DNA of 60,253 nt, filler included, from 4 parts of 4 records of this genome joined end to end with filler, not necessarily neighbours in it; one strand, 5' to 3'; counted from the first letter of the whole stretch, positions 28,142-40,222 are shown. Program-made: numbers and translations. Notes: generated from the letters alone by a model not told the origin.

Positions 28142-31100
28142 ATGCGCAAGTTCAACGGCAGCAATGCTGCTGCCGCTGCCGCTGCTGATGGAACTGGCGG
28201 CGGCAGAGGAGGAGGAGGCGGAGGAGTTGCTCGAGAGTTGATGGATCCTCTGCTTGATGCCAGTCACGACGATGATGATGACGACGAGGAGCGCGACTCT
28301 AAGGATGAGGGTGGACAAGATGAGGGCGAGGTATTGGTGGGCAGACACCTGTCTCAGCGTGAGCAGGTATGGCGCATCCGTACTCTTAGTATTGCCTGTT
28401 CGTGAATGCGCTGTATGCTCGCGTAGTATACCCATGGGCTTGGTTCGGCATATACCCCTCGTGCACAATCACTCTTCCATTACTGTGTTGCAGGGGGGCG
28501 CTTTCTCAAGCACGGGGCGTCCAGCGTCTGAGTCGCGAAGGCCATCCGAGGTATAGGCATTCCTGCTGTGTGCTTAGCAATGCAGTTGGTTCGGAAGATG
28601 TTGGTGTTTCGCGGTCCCAGTTTAATTCGCGGCCGATTTATACAGATTGCAAGTGGCTACTCGTACGATATGGAGGCGCGGATTTCAGCGGTTCGTTTTC
28701 TTTGAATAGCGTTGTTTGGCCCATCGATTGATTCGCTTCAAGGACAATTTGTTGTTGCAACTCACGAACTCTACACCCGACCTTTCGTTGCAGTCCTATC
28801 TCCGTCAGCGTCAAACGCGACGACGATCAATGTCTGTGCAGGACAAACCCAAACGGAGGAACCCGCGAAGGTGTGTTTGTTTTTTCATCCATTGCCGCTT
28901 GTCTCACGTTGGTCAATGATCTCGCTATGTCTGATGCATTGCATTGCTGTTGATTTTGTCGACGATACTGGACTGCGTTCATAGTTCCACGAACAGGTGT
29001 CGCTTCAACAAACAACAACGTGCATGGGCTGCGTTGATGTGTTCGACGCCATTTGACGACGAGGAGGTCGGCCCATCAAGTCGGGACCATCGCACACGAA
29101 CTTCATCCAGCACAAGCGTTGGTGAATACCGCGCTGCTCGTGGCTCGTCTTTGTCATTGAGTCGCCGGCCGCGCGGCATGATGTTATCGCCGACGTCGCC
29201 TTCTTCGGCTTCGACAATGCGTGCGCGCACTTCGTTGCGGTTCAGTAACGGTGGACGTCTGATGAGACACAGCAGCGGCAGCCTTTCAAGCCCAACTCGG
29301 AAATCTGCACCGGCTGGAACGCTGGATGGGAAACAGCTTCTTCAAACACAGATTGACATGGCGCAAAAACGCGTCGCAGAGCTGAAACGGCAACTTGAAT
29401 CGACGACCGGCAGTGGCAACATTAGTGCCGTCGACGGGGCAACTGCTACCACGGAAAACGATGACTTCAGAAAAAGCAACGGAGAGAGGTTCCCCAATCG
29501 TGATGTAGGCGTCAAGAGTGTACCTAGACTTCGCAGTCCAAATCTAGACGACAGCCGCGAGGAACGGCGAGAGCTCGAAGCACAAATTGCAGCCGCGCTT
29601 AGCCAAGTTGTGATCGAAGACGACGGCGAACAATCGGTTGCATCGCAGCAGCAATCCAACAACTCACCCCAGAGTGCTCTCCCGGGTGAATCCCTCGTCC
29701 GAACGGAAGAGCCTACGCATTGCCTCAAATTGAGATTGCCTGCCGTTCCCCCGCGACTCCGCAATTTAAGGGCTCGAACTGACGCAGAAGTTGTCAGCGA
29801 CGTCTCAGGAATGCCGGTGGACTCGCCACGGAGTTCACAGGGTGACACCGGAACATCCATCAACGTCTTAGACCCGACTGTTGAAACGGTTGAAAACCTT
29901 TCTGACCCGTCACAGCAACAAATTGCTGCCAACGCTTTCAGCCGCCCAAGGCAAAAGTCAAAAGCACAGCAAAAAGCTAAAGCTCGCCGCTCCTCAATGC
30001 GTGCGCATTCCGACGAAAGCTCCCCGACTCACGAGGAATCCGTGCGTGCTTTCCGTGAAGCAGAAAGTTCCAAGCGCTTGTCTCGATTCCGCGAGACTCG
30101 CCGAAGTTATCGTATCTCCATGACAGGCCACCGAGTCTTCGACCCAGTGCCGAACGCTGAGGACATGGGTATCATCCGCACCGACTCACCTCCCCCAGAC
30201 GATCAGGATGGTGGTGAGCAGAACTTTGCTGAGGCAGTGACTCAGTCACTGGTTCCTGAGCCAACGCAACCTGCGTCCCGAAAACCTCGAGTATTAGGTA
30301 TTCGGGACAAGAGCAAGCGGAAGCTGGGCAAGTCGCGCATGGTGCGTCCGTTTCCACTGCCAACTCGGTCGTTTTAGGGGCAGAATGTTCTGCAGTAAGT
30401 TGCACTCATTGTGCTCTGCAGCTGCATCACAAGTGGACTCTTTTTTGTGTGTGCTAGGCTTTTTCCGAGAGCGATGACGTTACTTTCTTTGACTCTACCG
30501 TTGACATTCTCGCCGAGCAACGTTGGACCAAGGGCAGAAATCGAGGTTTGTTCGGATGCGACGTACATTGGACAAGTGCGTGTAGCACCGTTCTGCTTTG
30601 TGCCTCACTCTGACACTATGCTCGAATCGAATCGCCCTCGTCAATAAAGGTCGCGCAACGAAGCGCTATCTCGCCATTTTTGTCATAGCGATTTTGACAG
30701 GAATAGTGGCAGCAAGCATAACTGCATTGTCCCGATGGCTGACGGCTCTTAAACTTGAATCAGTTGGGGCTACACTTATTCAAATGGAAACCAACGGCAC
30801 GGCTTTTGACGGCGCAGCGTTTTTGTCGCAGATTGGTTTCAATCTTGTATGTGTCTTCGGCGCCACATGCGTTGTTGCGTTCGGCGAAACAGTTGCCGCC
30901 GGGTCTGGAATTCCTGAAATCAAATGCATTCTTAACGGTGTCACCATTCGACACGCCACGCGGTTCAAAACTTTGATTTTCAAAGTCGTGGGTGTGATCC
31001 TTAGTGTGGCAGGTGGACTGCCTGTTGGAAAGGAGGGCCCTATGATTCATTCAGGCTCGATTGTGGGATCTGCAGTGTCCCAAGGGAAAACCAGGTGAGA

Positions 31101-34100
31101 ATGTAACCACGATGTACTCTTGCTTTGCTTTTCAAGCTGCAATGGAACTGCCGTTGAAATGTGTTTCGCAATGATACTTTCACAATATTCCCGACACAGC
31201 TGCTGCTCATTGTTTGCTTGCTTTTGTTCTTTATCGAAATTCGATTCTACAGTTACCACGCACTACGATGCAGAGTAAAAACGTGTCGCATATTTGACTT
31301 TCGCAATGACCGCGAGAAGAAAAATTTTATCGTTTGCGGTGCGGCTGCAGGGGTTGCGGCCGCGTTCGGTGCACCGCTCGGCGGGGTTATGTTCTGCCTC
31401 GAAGAAGGTGCTTCGTGGTGGCATCCCAAGATCACTTGGCGTACTTTCTTCGCCGCTGTGGTTTCTTCTTTCTTCACAACGCTCGTGCTGTCTGGCTTCG
31501 GCCCGGGGGATGTATGGGACTGGAGCTATTTTGGGACGAATGTATCGAGCGGGGTTTTCACAGTCAGAGGCAGAAACCTTGACTTACAGGTACATGCGCT
31601 TCAATATTCGCACAACGAACGGATGCATAGCTGCGTGTTTCGTTTTGCTGGCTCCTGATTGCCTCTTCTCGCTCCAAAACGCAGGACCAAAACGGAACTT
31701 GGTGGAGCATCGTAATTGACGATTTAGTTCAAGACTTCGACTATTATGAGATCCCGCTATTCATCCTTCTTGGTGCTGCTGGTGGCGTGATTGGTGCCCT
31801 TTTCAATTATTGCAACGGCACCATTATTGCAGGTATGCCAATCAGTGAGCACTCTCAACCAATGCACAGACAACACAGTGATCTATTTTGCCCAACTATT
31901 CATTTGGGTCTCTTTTTCTTTGCCAACACTGCAGGGTTTCGTCAACGATGGGTCCAAAAGCAGAAGTGGAGTCGCATTGTTGAAGCGTTATGCGTCTCTG
32001 TTTTGTGCAGTGTCATGACGTTTGGACTGCCAAAGTGGATTGGCTCGTGCACAAAAACACCCCCACCATCATTGCAGGTAGCAGGCACAAAGTTTGTGGC
32101 GCTGTACTGTCCTCAGGAACCGTTCGATGCCAAGGGGAATCCTTTCGAGTGAGTGCTGCTGGTTTCAATCAACGCTCTGCATCGTCTGATTTTCTGTACT
32201 TGCGCCGCGTGTCTTGCACTGCCGAACCTTCGCACCTCGCCCCAACGAGTAAAAGTGTGGAGCCTGTTTCGCGATATGCAGATACAACCAACTTGCAACT
32301 CTTTTGTTTTCGTCCTCGGAAAATGCTATCAAGCAACTCTTTTATTTCAAAAACGACCCAACGTGCGTTGGCTTGTTGCTGGCACTTCATGTGTTTGACA
32401 CTCGCCCTTGTCGAATTGTACCACTGACTGTTCGTTTTTTTTTCTTTTCGTACCCTGTTGTCTGCACCGCCAACTTTCAATGTGCAGCGACGAGTCATTT
32501 GAAGATTTCGACTTTTCAGTCCTCGCCATATTTGGGACAGTGTACACTGCATTAACCTGCATTGTATTTGGTCTTTCGGTGCCGTCTGGTGTTTTCATTC
32601 CTGCGTTGCTCTCTGGGGCTGCTTTTGGTACGATCTGTTCCATACACCAATCCGGCGTTGCGCTTGGCCGGGAATGCTTGAGTGCCATTGTATTTTTACC
32701 TCGGCTATGCGTCACGTATTGTCTTCGCAGGGAGACTTTTTGGCCAAAGTTTAGATCTTGCCAACACTGGCGGGGAGCTACATCTGAATGCCGGCATGTA
32801 TGCAACTCTTGGAGCTGCAGCAATGCTTGGGGGCGTGACGCGAATGGTAATTTCGTTGACTGTGATCTTGGTCGAGGCAACGGGAAACATTCAAATCACC
32901 TTGCCTGTGATGGTCGTCTTGGTAACAGCTCGATTCGTGGGCAACCGTTTCAACGAAGGGCTCTACGACATGTGCGTGTCTCATGCAGTCGTTTCTTTTG
33001 GAATTGACATGTGTTGCCGGCGCTGTGAGCACCCGCCATACCCTCACCGAAAGCGACTGTATTCGGACTGGATAAACGCAGGTACATAGAACGCATGGGT
33101 GTTCCTTTTTTGGAATGGAGTCCTCCAATTTGGTTTCACAGCTTGAATGCGCGTCATGTCATGACTCCCCGGCCAGTGTGCCTTCGCTCAGTTGAGCGAG
33201 CTGGATTCATTTTGAAAGTTCTGAAAGAAAGCACCTGCAATGCCTTCCCCGTCGTATTGACACACCATCGCGATGGTGATTCGCTGGATGATGACGATGA
33301 TTTTGGCAGCGATGGAGAGCCTCGCCGCCGTCGAGGCCTCATCCATGAAAACATCTTGAGTGGCGTTTTCAGCAGCGACAGCATTGAGGCGAACGGTGAT
33401 GCTGCTGTGACAAGCAGCCCTGTTGGCGGGGGTGAAAGCCGTCATGATCAGAGTGCTCCTGCCAACACTTTTTCAACCAACCCGCCGCAGCAGTCTGATT
33501 CGCCACCGGTCGATGCGTATGGTTCACTGTCAAGGCAAGCGTCGATGTTCAATACAAAAATCGTTGAGGTAATTTTCATCGCCAACTGTGTAAATCATGT
33601 CATGTCATCGAACATGATAATACAATTTCATGCCCGAGCATTCAACTGCCTGCCACCATTAGGCTGTGGAGAATGCTGCCATCGCAGCCGGAAATGATGC
33701 AGCAGAGGCCGCAAGGCATCGGCGATCCAGTGGCGCTGACAATTGGAGTGACGACGGTCTCTCGCCTGAAGAAGCTCGCCAGAAGGCCGTTGAAGCCGAA
33801 AAGCAGCGGTTGTACTTCGACCTGCGCAAATGGTCGTTTCAGCAACTCAATGGAATTATTTTGCGCAAGCACTTGTTGTGTCTTCTCTGCGATGCGTTTA
33901 AAGCACGGACTCTGCAAAAGTCCATGCCAGAACCCAGTTTGGTATGCTCGCCTTGTGCCTGGTGTGTTGTTAGTTTTCCCTGTTGTGGTGAATTATGTTT
34001 ATAAACTCTTGTTTTGGTGCCTTTTTTTTGTCCGCCAGGCTTCTGACCATATGAAGTTCGCTGCTGCAATTGACGATCGTGTCCTTACCCACTACGAATT

Positions 34101-34719
34101 CGAACGCAACTACCCCCGCTACCCACGCCTTGATAAAATCCGCCTCACGGACGAAGAAAAAGATATGTGGGTTGACCTGTCGCCGTACGCTGGTAAGGCA
34201 TGGGTCGTTTTTTGTGATCGCCGAGTGCCAAGCGGCTTGACAAACTCAAGCTGTGCATCTAATTGTGCGATTCGTGTGACCCAGGTCTCCCGTTCGCTGT
34301 TCCGTCAGTATGCTCGCTTAGGTGAGGAGGGGAGAGATGTGTTCTTTGCGAGCCCCGCCCAATTGGGAAGCACCCTAGCTGATGTGTATTGTCTTCTGTT
34401 GCATACGATATGATCTTTGTTGTGGACAGTCGGACGTTTCAACTCTTCCGCACCATGGGCCTACGGCACATCGTGGTGACAGATTCAGAGTTTTGTGTCA
34501 CCGGCATCATCACTCGCAAAGAACTTACGGTGGAGCACTGTAAGGAAAAGTACGTCGAGTAACACGTGTGATCGTTGCGTGTGCTGCCAGCTTCCATGTG
34601 TCGTTCGATTGGCAATTATGAGCCACATTCACTGATCTCACACATCTTGACGCCAAAGGTACAAAAAGCTGGGCCTGGATGCTTTTGTATCCGACAAAAG
34701 CAAAAAATGCAGTTGCTGA
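28142..34719 (+). CDS. Eukaryotic spliced CLC-6/7-like 2Cl-/H+ antiporter with CBS domains (~18 exons)
   Basis: Motifs [55 protein letters not shown] and CBS2 [17 protein letters not shown]. Phase-consistent GT-AG introns: 28367-28493, 28551-28793, 28871-28996, 30342-30457, 30546-30649, 31095-31252, 31590-31684, 31833-31934, 32149-32281, 32363-32487, 32628-32730, 32972-33081, 33569-33662, 33942-34038, 34193-34284, 34322-34429, 34550-34658. The first four exons and the last exon are less certain. Confidence 0.88.
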
Positions 34720-34962
34720 GACGCAAGATGTTTCGTGGCACTGTTCGCCGAGAAGTGCCGACACACCTCGTCGACCATTGCCTCCCGGAGCGAACGTTGC
34801 ACTGCCCAACCGACCTCTGCAAGCAAATAAATCAATGATTGTTTTAAAAATAAAAAATAAATAATTGGATAGACGAAAACGTTGCTGCTTTGCAGACTTG
34901 TTGAAGTTGTCAGCAGCGGACAAAGCACACGCGTTTCCCGTTCACGCTCAGGTGATGCATCA

Positions 34963-36450
34963 TCAAACAAGTGCACTATCATCGGAGTAAACTTGTCGCA
35001 CGTTGACGTTTACGCGCCCAGACAACACATCCTCGAGATTCCCCGCCTCAGTGCCGTGCAGGTTTTCGTGTACTGGCTGACGAACTTCCTCGGTGTGTTC
35101 TTCGATAATGCGAGGAACTCCGTGGTACCCAGCCCGAGCCTCGCCACCCATAATGACAATATCACCGTGACGCAGAATCGTGGCCAGCGGCGTCGTGTCT
35201 CGAGTCCTTCCACCCATCAAGAATACAGCAGGCAACCCAAAGCTCAAACTCACAACTGGCTGAGTCATGTCTTCTTCCCGATCATCCAGGTGACCACCCA
35301 TACTGCAGTGTTTGGCTGCGTCGTAAAAGTTGACGATTGCGGCAGATGGCGTAAATGGAACATCGGAAAAGCATGAATCTTCCTGAATTATCGAAGAGCG
35401 CGCAGACACTGAACACTCGCGCGAGCTGAACGCAGCGACATCAGGACACTGAACCGCCCGCGCGACCGCTCCCACAATACCGCGACAAAGCAGAAGTAAA
35501 TCAAGAGGGAACGGTCCGCGTTCCTGCCTGTCGTACGTTCGAGCTGTCCAATTGAAGTGATATCCAAGAGTTAACCACGCAAGTCGCGATCCAAATTTTG
35601 CACTGGACGAAGGCTGTGATCCCTGCTGCTCATCAACTTCCTTCGCTGACACCACACCCCCCGTCGGAACGTAGCAGTGCGACACATTAGACCGATGCCC
35701 AGGCCACGCCGTGTACATGCTCGCAACGTGAAGCATCCACTCCTTCGCCAACGGCTCCGTGAAAACGCCACGAAGAACAAAAAGTCCTGGGTGCGACTTG
35801 AACGAAAAAACGTCGGCCACAACGTCAGTGGTGTCTTGCTGGTCGTCACCAGCCAGCCCAATCGTGCCATCGCTGCCAGCTTCGTGAACGCCGCCCTCTT
35901 CAACAGCAGCGGGAGCACGGGCGCAATTCTCAGAATCTTGCCCGTACCACCCCATTCTTCTGAGTGGATGCACCACCCTCATCGCCACCTGCCGATACTC
36001 AACGTTGTCTGCCAATTGGCCGCCAGCAGCGAGCGTTTGCGCAGCCGCTCGAGCGTCAAAGGCGCCAAGCCCGCCCTGGTCAACAGCTCGCGTAATCTCG
36101 GGCACTGCAGCTTGACGGAATGCCTTGAACGATGCTTTGAATGCATCGGCACTGACCGCTGCTCTCAAAGTTGCACAACGTCCTGCATCCTTACTGTTAG
36201 TAACAGACTCTCCAATGCTTTCACAATTGCCGTGCCCAGCTGCGCTAGCACTTGTGGCGCATGCTTCGGAAAACTCGACTTTCCCAAGCTGCACGTCTCG
36301 GTCCAAGGCGAACGACAGTTGCTGCTCGTCAGCTCTCCAAACATTCACTTTGCGCCCTGATTCGTCACCCACGATTTTGCGCCGCCGAGGGTGATTGTGG
36401 AGCAGCTGCTGCCGCAGCTGCTCGACTCGACTCGCATCTGCCGAATGCAT
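34963..36450 (-). CDS. ALKBH1-like Fe(II)/2-oxoglutarate dioxygenase (eukaryotic)
   Basis: LAWLTLGYHFNW, AAIVNFY, GGHLDDREE (HxD), YHGVPRI, RVNVNVRQV; single uninterrupted ORF. Confidence 0.88.
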   Translation of the reverse strand: MHSADASRVEQLRQQLLHNHPRRRKIVGDESGRKVNVWRADEQQLSFALDRDVQLGKVEFSEACATSASAAGHGNCESIGESVTNSKDAGRCATLRAAVSADAFKASFKAFRQAAVPEITRAVDQGGLGAFDARAAAQTLAAGGQLADNVEYRQVAMRVVHPLRRMGWYGQDSENCARAPAAVEEGGVHEAGSDGTIGLAGDDQQDTTDVVADVFSFKSHPGLFVLRGVFTEPLAKEWMLHVASMYTAWPGHRSNVSHCYVPTGGVVSAKEVDEQQGSQPSSSAKFGSRLAWLTLGYHFNWTARTYDRQERGPFPLDLLLLCRGIVGAVARAVQCPDVAAFSSRECSVSARSSIIQEDSCFSDVPFTPSAAIVNFYDAAKHCSMGGHLDDREEDMTQPVVSLSFGLPAVFLMGGRTRDTTPLATILRHGDIVIMGGEARAGYHGVPRIIEEHTEEVRQPVHENLHGTEAGNLEDVLSGRVNVNVRQVYSDDSALV

Positions 36451-36548
36451 TGTGGCTCACGGTGACCCACCGCGAGACGCACGCTTGCTCCATGAAAAGA
36501 AAGCTGCAAAAAGATCAACGGAAGTTCACGCAGTGAGATCGGAGTTCG

Positions 36549-36618
36549 GGAGTGAGTGATTGAGTGGGTGGGTGGGTGGGTGAGGGAGGAAGTGAGCGAG
36601 CGAGCGAGTGAGTGAGTG
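36549..36618. repeat. Imperfect tetranucleotide microsatellite (GAGT/GGGT/GAGC)
   Basis: Direct read at the contig end. Confidence 0.85.
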
Positions 36619-36718
36619 NNNNNNNNNNNNNNNNNNNNNNNNNNNNNNNNNNNNNNNNNNNNTTAATTAATTAANNNNNNNNNNNNNNNNNNNNNNNNNN
36701 NNNNNNNNNNNNNNNNNN
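36619..36718. other. Artificial contig spacer
   Basis: 44 N + TTAATTAATTAA + 44 N. Confidence 0.98.
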
Positions 36719-37841
36719 GGGCCCGGACAACAAGGAACACGACACCAACTGCGTGATCCCCGACAGTTCCTACGCCGCCGTTTATGCCGAGGCGATCAAG
36801 GACTGCAAGGCGAACGGCGCGCTGGACCCGACCACGGCGGGCACAGTGCAGAACGTTGGCCTGATGGCGCAAAAAGCCGAAGAATACGGATCACACCCGA
36901 CGACGTTTGAAATTGCGGCGGATGGTGTGGTGCGGATGATCGCGGCCAATGGCGATGTGCTGCATGAACACACCGTTGAGGCGGGCGATATCTGGCGGTC
37001 GGCATCGACGCGCAAGGCCCCGATCGAAGACTGGGTGCAACTGGCCATCGACCGGCAGGCGGCAGTGGGCTGTGAGGCGATATTCTGGCTGGACGCGACC
37101 CGCGCCCACGACGCAGAGCTGATCAACTACGTCAAGCCGCTGCTGGAGGCCAAAGGCGTGGCGGACAAGTTCCGCATTCTGGCCCCCGAAGAGGCGACAA
37201 AGGTGTCGTTCGCGACGATCCGTGCGGGCAAGACATCGATTGCCATCACCGGTAACGTGCTGCGCGACTATCTGACCGACCTGTTCCCGATCCTTGAACT
37301 GGGCACATCGGCCAAGATGCTGTCCATCGTCAAGCTGATGAACGGTGGCGGGTTGTTCGAAACCGGGGCAGGGGGGTCTGCGCCCAAGCACGTACAACAG
37401 TTGGTGGAACAGAACCACCTGCGCTGGGATTCGCTGGGCGAATTCTGCGCATTGGGGGAAAGCCTGAAGTTCCTGGCCGAGGTCAAGGGCAACGACAAGG
37501 CGCGCCTGCTGGGCGAAGCGGTAGATGTGGCGACGCAGGGCGTGCTGGACCACGACAAATCGCCGGGCCGCAAGGTAGGCGAGCCGGACAACCGGGCCAG
37601 CCACTATTACTTTGCCCTGTATTGGGCGCAGGCGCTGGCGGATCAGTCCGAGGATGCAGGGATGGCCGCGCATTTTGCCCCGATGGCCAAGGCACTGGCC
37701 GAACATGAGGCGGCGATCTTGAAAGAGTTGTCGGCGGATGCGGGCAAGGCTGCGGACACGGGCGGGTATTACCACACCGATCCGGCCAAGACGGCATCGG
37801 TGATGAAGCCGTCACCGACGTTGAACGAGATCGTCGGATAA
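36719..37841 (+). CDS. icd: Monomeric NADP-dependent isocitrate dehydrogenase, 5'-truncated
   Basis: [53 protein letters not shown]. Confidence 0.96.
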
Positions 37842-37858
37842 GCCACTGATATAAAATG

Positions 37859-37894
37859 AAAATCCCCGCCAGAGATGTTCTGGCGGGGATTTTT
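37859..37894. terminator. Bidirectional intrinsic terminator
   Basis: AAAATCCCCGCCAGA-GATGT-TCTGGCGGGGATTTTT. Confidence 0.85.
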
Positions 37895-37911
37895 GCTGAT
37901 CGGGTGTTGGT

Positions 37912-38664
37912 TTAGCGTTTGGCGGCGTAATAGGCGACCTTGCGTTCGAGGTAAGCCAAGAATTCAGAGATCGAAAAGGCCAGCGCAAAGAGCACGATGA
38001 GGACCGCCCAGAAGTGGCTCATCAAAAAGTTGCTGGCGTAGAGTTCGAACAGCGCGCCAAAGCCGACGATGGAAATCAGCAACTGGCCGATGATCACGCC
38101 CTTTACCGCGCGGATGACGCCGATGCGCACACCCCCAAGGATTTCCGGCAAGGCGGCCCAGAAATAGATTTTGACAAAGGCGTCCATCGGGCTTGCTCCA
38201 AAGCTGCGGGCCATTTCCACCAGCGAACGGTTGATCTGACGTACACCTGCGCGGGTGTTCAGGATGATGATCCAGATCCCGAACAGGGTCGTTGTGATGA
38301 TGATCGACGTCAGACCAAAACCGAACAGGACCATCAGCACCGGCACAAGTGCCGTCAGGGGCGCGCTGACAAAGATGTTGACCCAAGGCAGCAGCATTTC
38401 ATCCAGCAGGCGGCTTTTGCCCATGAGGATGCCCACAGGAATGCCGATCACCACGGAAAAGAACACCCCGGCCAGAAAGGCCTGTCCGGTTTCCGACAGC
38501 GCCTTGAGAAAGGCCGGCGTGCCGATGATCTTGAACAGGGTTACGAAAACCTCTGACAGGGGGGGGACGAAAAACGTCAGCCCCATCTGCCCGATTATTT
38601 CCCACAACAGCGCCCAGAGCAGCAGGGACGACATCGCGGGGAGCTTGTGTCCATAGACTCTCAT
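37912..38664 (-). CDS. NitT/TauT-family ABC permease
   Basis: LVEMARSFGAS EAA-loop, PEILGGVRIG. Confidence 0.9.
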   Translation of the reverse strand: MRVYGHKLPAMSSLLLWALLWEIIGQMGLTFFVPPLSEVFVTLFKIIGTPAFLKALSETGQAFLAGVFFSVVIGIPVGILMGKSRLLDEMLLPWVNIFVSAPLTALVPVLMVLFGFGLTSIIITTTLFGIWIIILNTRAGVRQINRSLVEMARSFGASPMDAFVKIYFWAALPEILGGVRIGVIRAVKGVIIGQLLISIVGFGALFELYASNFLMSHFWAVLIVLFALAFSISEFLAYLERKVAYYAAKR

Positions 38665-38673
38665 GCCATTCCC

Positions 38674-39474
38674 CTATTCGACATACTTGCGCAGCGAGGC
38701 CCAGATTTCATCGACGATGTCGAGGTATTCGGGATCGCGGCGGATGTTTTCCACACCCTTGGAGCGGAAGCTGGCGGGGCGGATGATTTCGTGCACGCGG
38801 CTGGGACGCGGCAGCAGAATGGCGATCTGATCAGAGACATAGACCGCTTCTTCGATCGAGTGGGTGACGAAAATGAAGGTCTTGTTTTCATTGGCTACAA
38901 GGGCGAGCAGATCCTCCTGGAACTTGCGGCGGGTCTGTTCATCGACGGCCGAAAACGGTTCATCAAGCAGCAGCACCTTTGCATCGACCGATAGGGCCCG
39001 GGCCAGGCCGACGCGCTGGCGCATCCCGCCGGACAGTTCGTGCGGAAAGCTTTTTTCGAACCCTGCCAGGCCAACATCCTTGATGTACTTTTCTGCCTTG
39101 GCTTCGCGTTCGGATTTGGCCACGCCACGCAGTTCAAGGCCAAAGGCCACGTTGCGCAGCACGCTGGCCCAGGGCAGCAGGGCAAAGTCCTGAAACACAA
39201 AGGCGCGGTTCGGGCCGGGGCCGGTGACCGCCTTGCCGTTCACGATGATTTCGCCGCCGTCGGCCTTGAGCAGGCCGGCAATGATCTTGAGCAGGGTCGT
39301 CTTGCCACAGCCCGACGGGCCAAGAAGCGAGGTGAGCTGTCCGCGCGGAAAGTCCAGCGACATGTTTTTGAGCGCCTCGACGCTGCCGTAATTCTTGGAC
39401 ACGCCACGCACGGAAACGGCGATGTCCTGGTCCGAGGGCTGTGCGTCGTCAAACGCCTCTCTAGTCTGTGACAT
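38674..39474 (-). CDS. NitT/TauT-family ABC ATPase
   Basis: GPSGCGKTT, FVFQDFALLPW, LSGGMRQR, LLDEPF, VTHSIEEA. Confidence 0.93.
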   Translation of the reverse strand: MSQTREAFDDAQPSDQDIAVSVRGVSKNYGSVEALKNMSLDFPRGQLTSLLGPSGCGKTTLLKIIAGLLKADGGEIIVNGKAVTGPGPNRAFVFQDFALLPWASVLRNVAFGLELRGVAKSEREAKAEKYIKDVGLAGFEKSFPHELSGGMRQRVGLARALSVDAKVLLLDEPFSAVDEQTRRKFQEDLLALVANENKTFIFVTHSIEEAVYVSDQIAILLPRPSRVHEIIRPASFRSKGVENIRRDPEYLDIVDEIWASLRKYVE

Positions 39475-40222
39475 AACCACGGTCATTCCCTTCAAAGAGT
39501 ATATTTTCTATTTTTTCCAGCAGGTTGAGGAATAGCACCGCCAGCAGGATGATCGAAAAGATCGCCGCGTACATGGTGGGATAATCCGCAATCGACCGAC
39601 TGTAGGAGATGATGTCGCCAACCCCGGTTGGCGTGATTTTAAGTTCGGCTAGGATTGCGCCGATGAACCCGGCGGACACGCCAAGCCGCAGGCCGGAAAA
39701 GATCACCGGAGAGGCGGCCGGAATGATGATCCTGAGCAGGATGTGATGGTCCTTGGCAAGAAAGGACCGGCCCATTTCCTTGAGCGATTCAGGCGTGTTG
39801 CGCACGGCGCTAGAGGTGCTGAGCACGATGACCGGCATCGCCATGATGCATACCACAAAGACCTTGGACGTGAGGCCAATGCCGTAGGCCATGACCAGCA
39901 GCGGGATCAGCGCGGCCAGTGGGGCCGCCTGCATCACGATGAAGATCGGCGAAAACAGCCATTCGAATTTCTCGCTCAGCCCGATCCACAGGCCAAGGCC
40001 GATGCCCAGCACGGTCGAGATCGCCACACCGACGATCAGGGGTTTGAGCGTTTCGCCATAAGCCACAAAAATGCTGCCATCGAAGGTCATTTTCAGTAGG
40101 GCAGACATGGATTCAAGGAAGGTGGGAAAGGCATAGCTGACGGGGATGCGGCCGGCAATTTCCCAGGCCCCAAAGACAAGGGCCGCCGACAGGATCTTGA
40201 GAAGCAAGGATCTGTGTTTCAT
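39461..40222 (-). CDS. NitT/TauT-family ABC permease
   Basis: LKEMGRSF, PAASPVIFSGLRLG. Confidence 0.9.
   Translation of the reverse strand: MKHRSLLLKILSAALVFGAWEIAGRIPVSYAFPTFLESMSALLKMTFDGSIFVAYGETLKPLIVGVAISTVLGIGLGLWIGLSEKFEWLFSPIFIVMQAAPLAALIPLLVMAYGIGLTSKVFVVCIMAMPVIVLSTSSAVRNTPESLKEMGRSFLAKDHHILLRIIIPAASPVIFSGLRLGVSAGFIGAILAELKITPTGVGDIISYSRSIADYPTMYAAIFSIILLAVLFLNLLEKIENILFEGNDRGYVTD

Noticed and set aside
27800-36618. Eukaryote-to-bacterium horizontal transfer, or a fragmented CLC pseudogene
   Set aside because: The segment is bounded by artificial spacers, and the frame breaks are explained by phase-consistent spliceosomal introns
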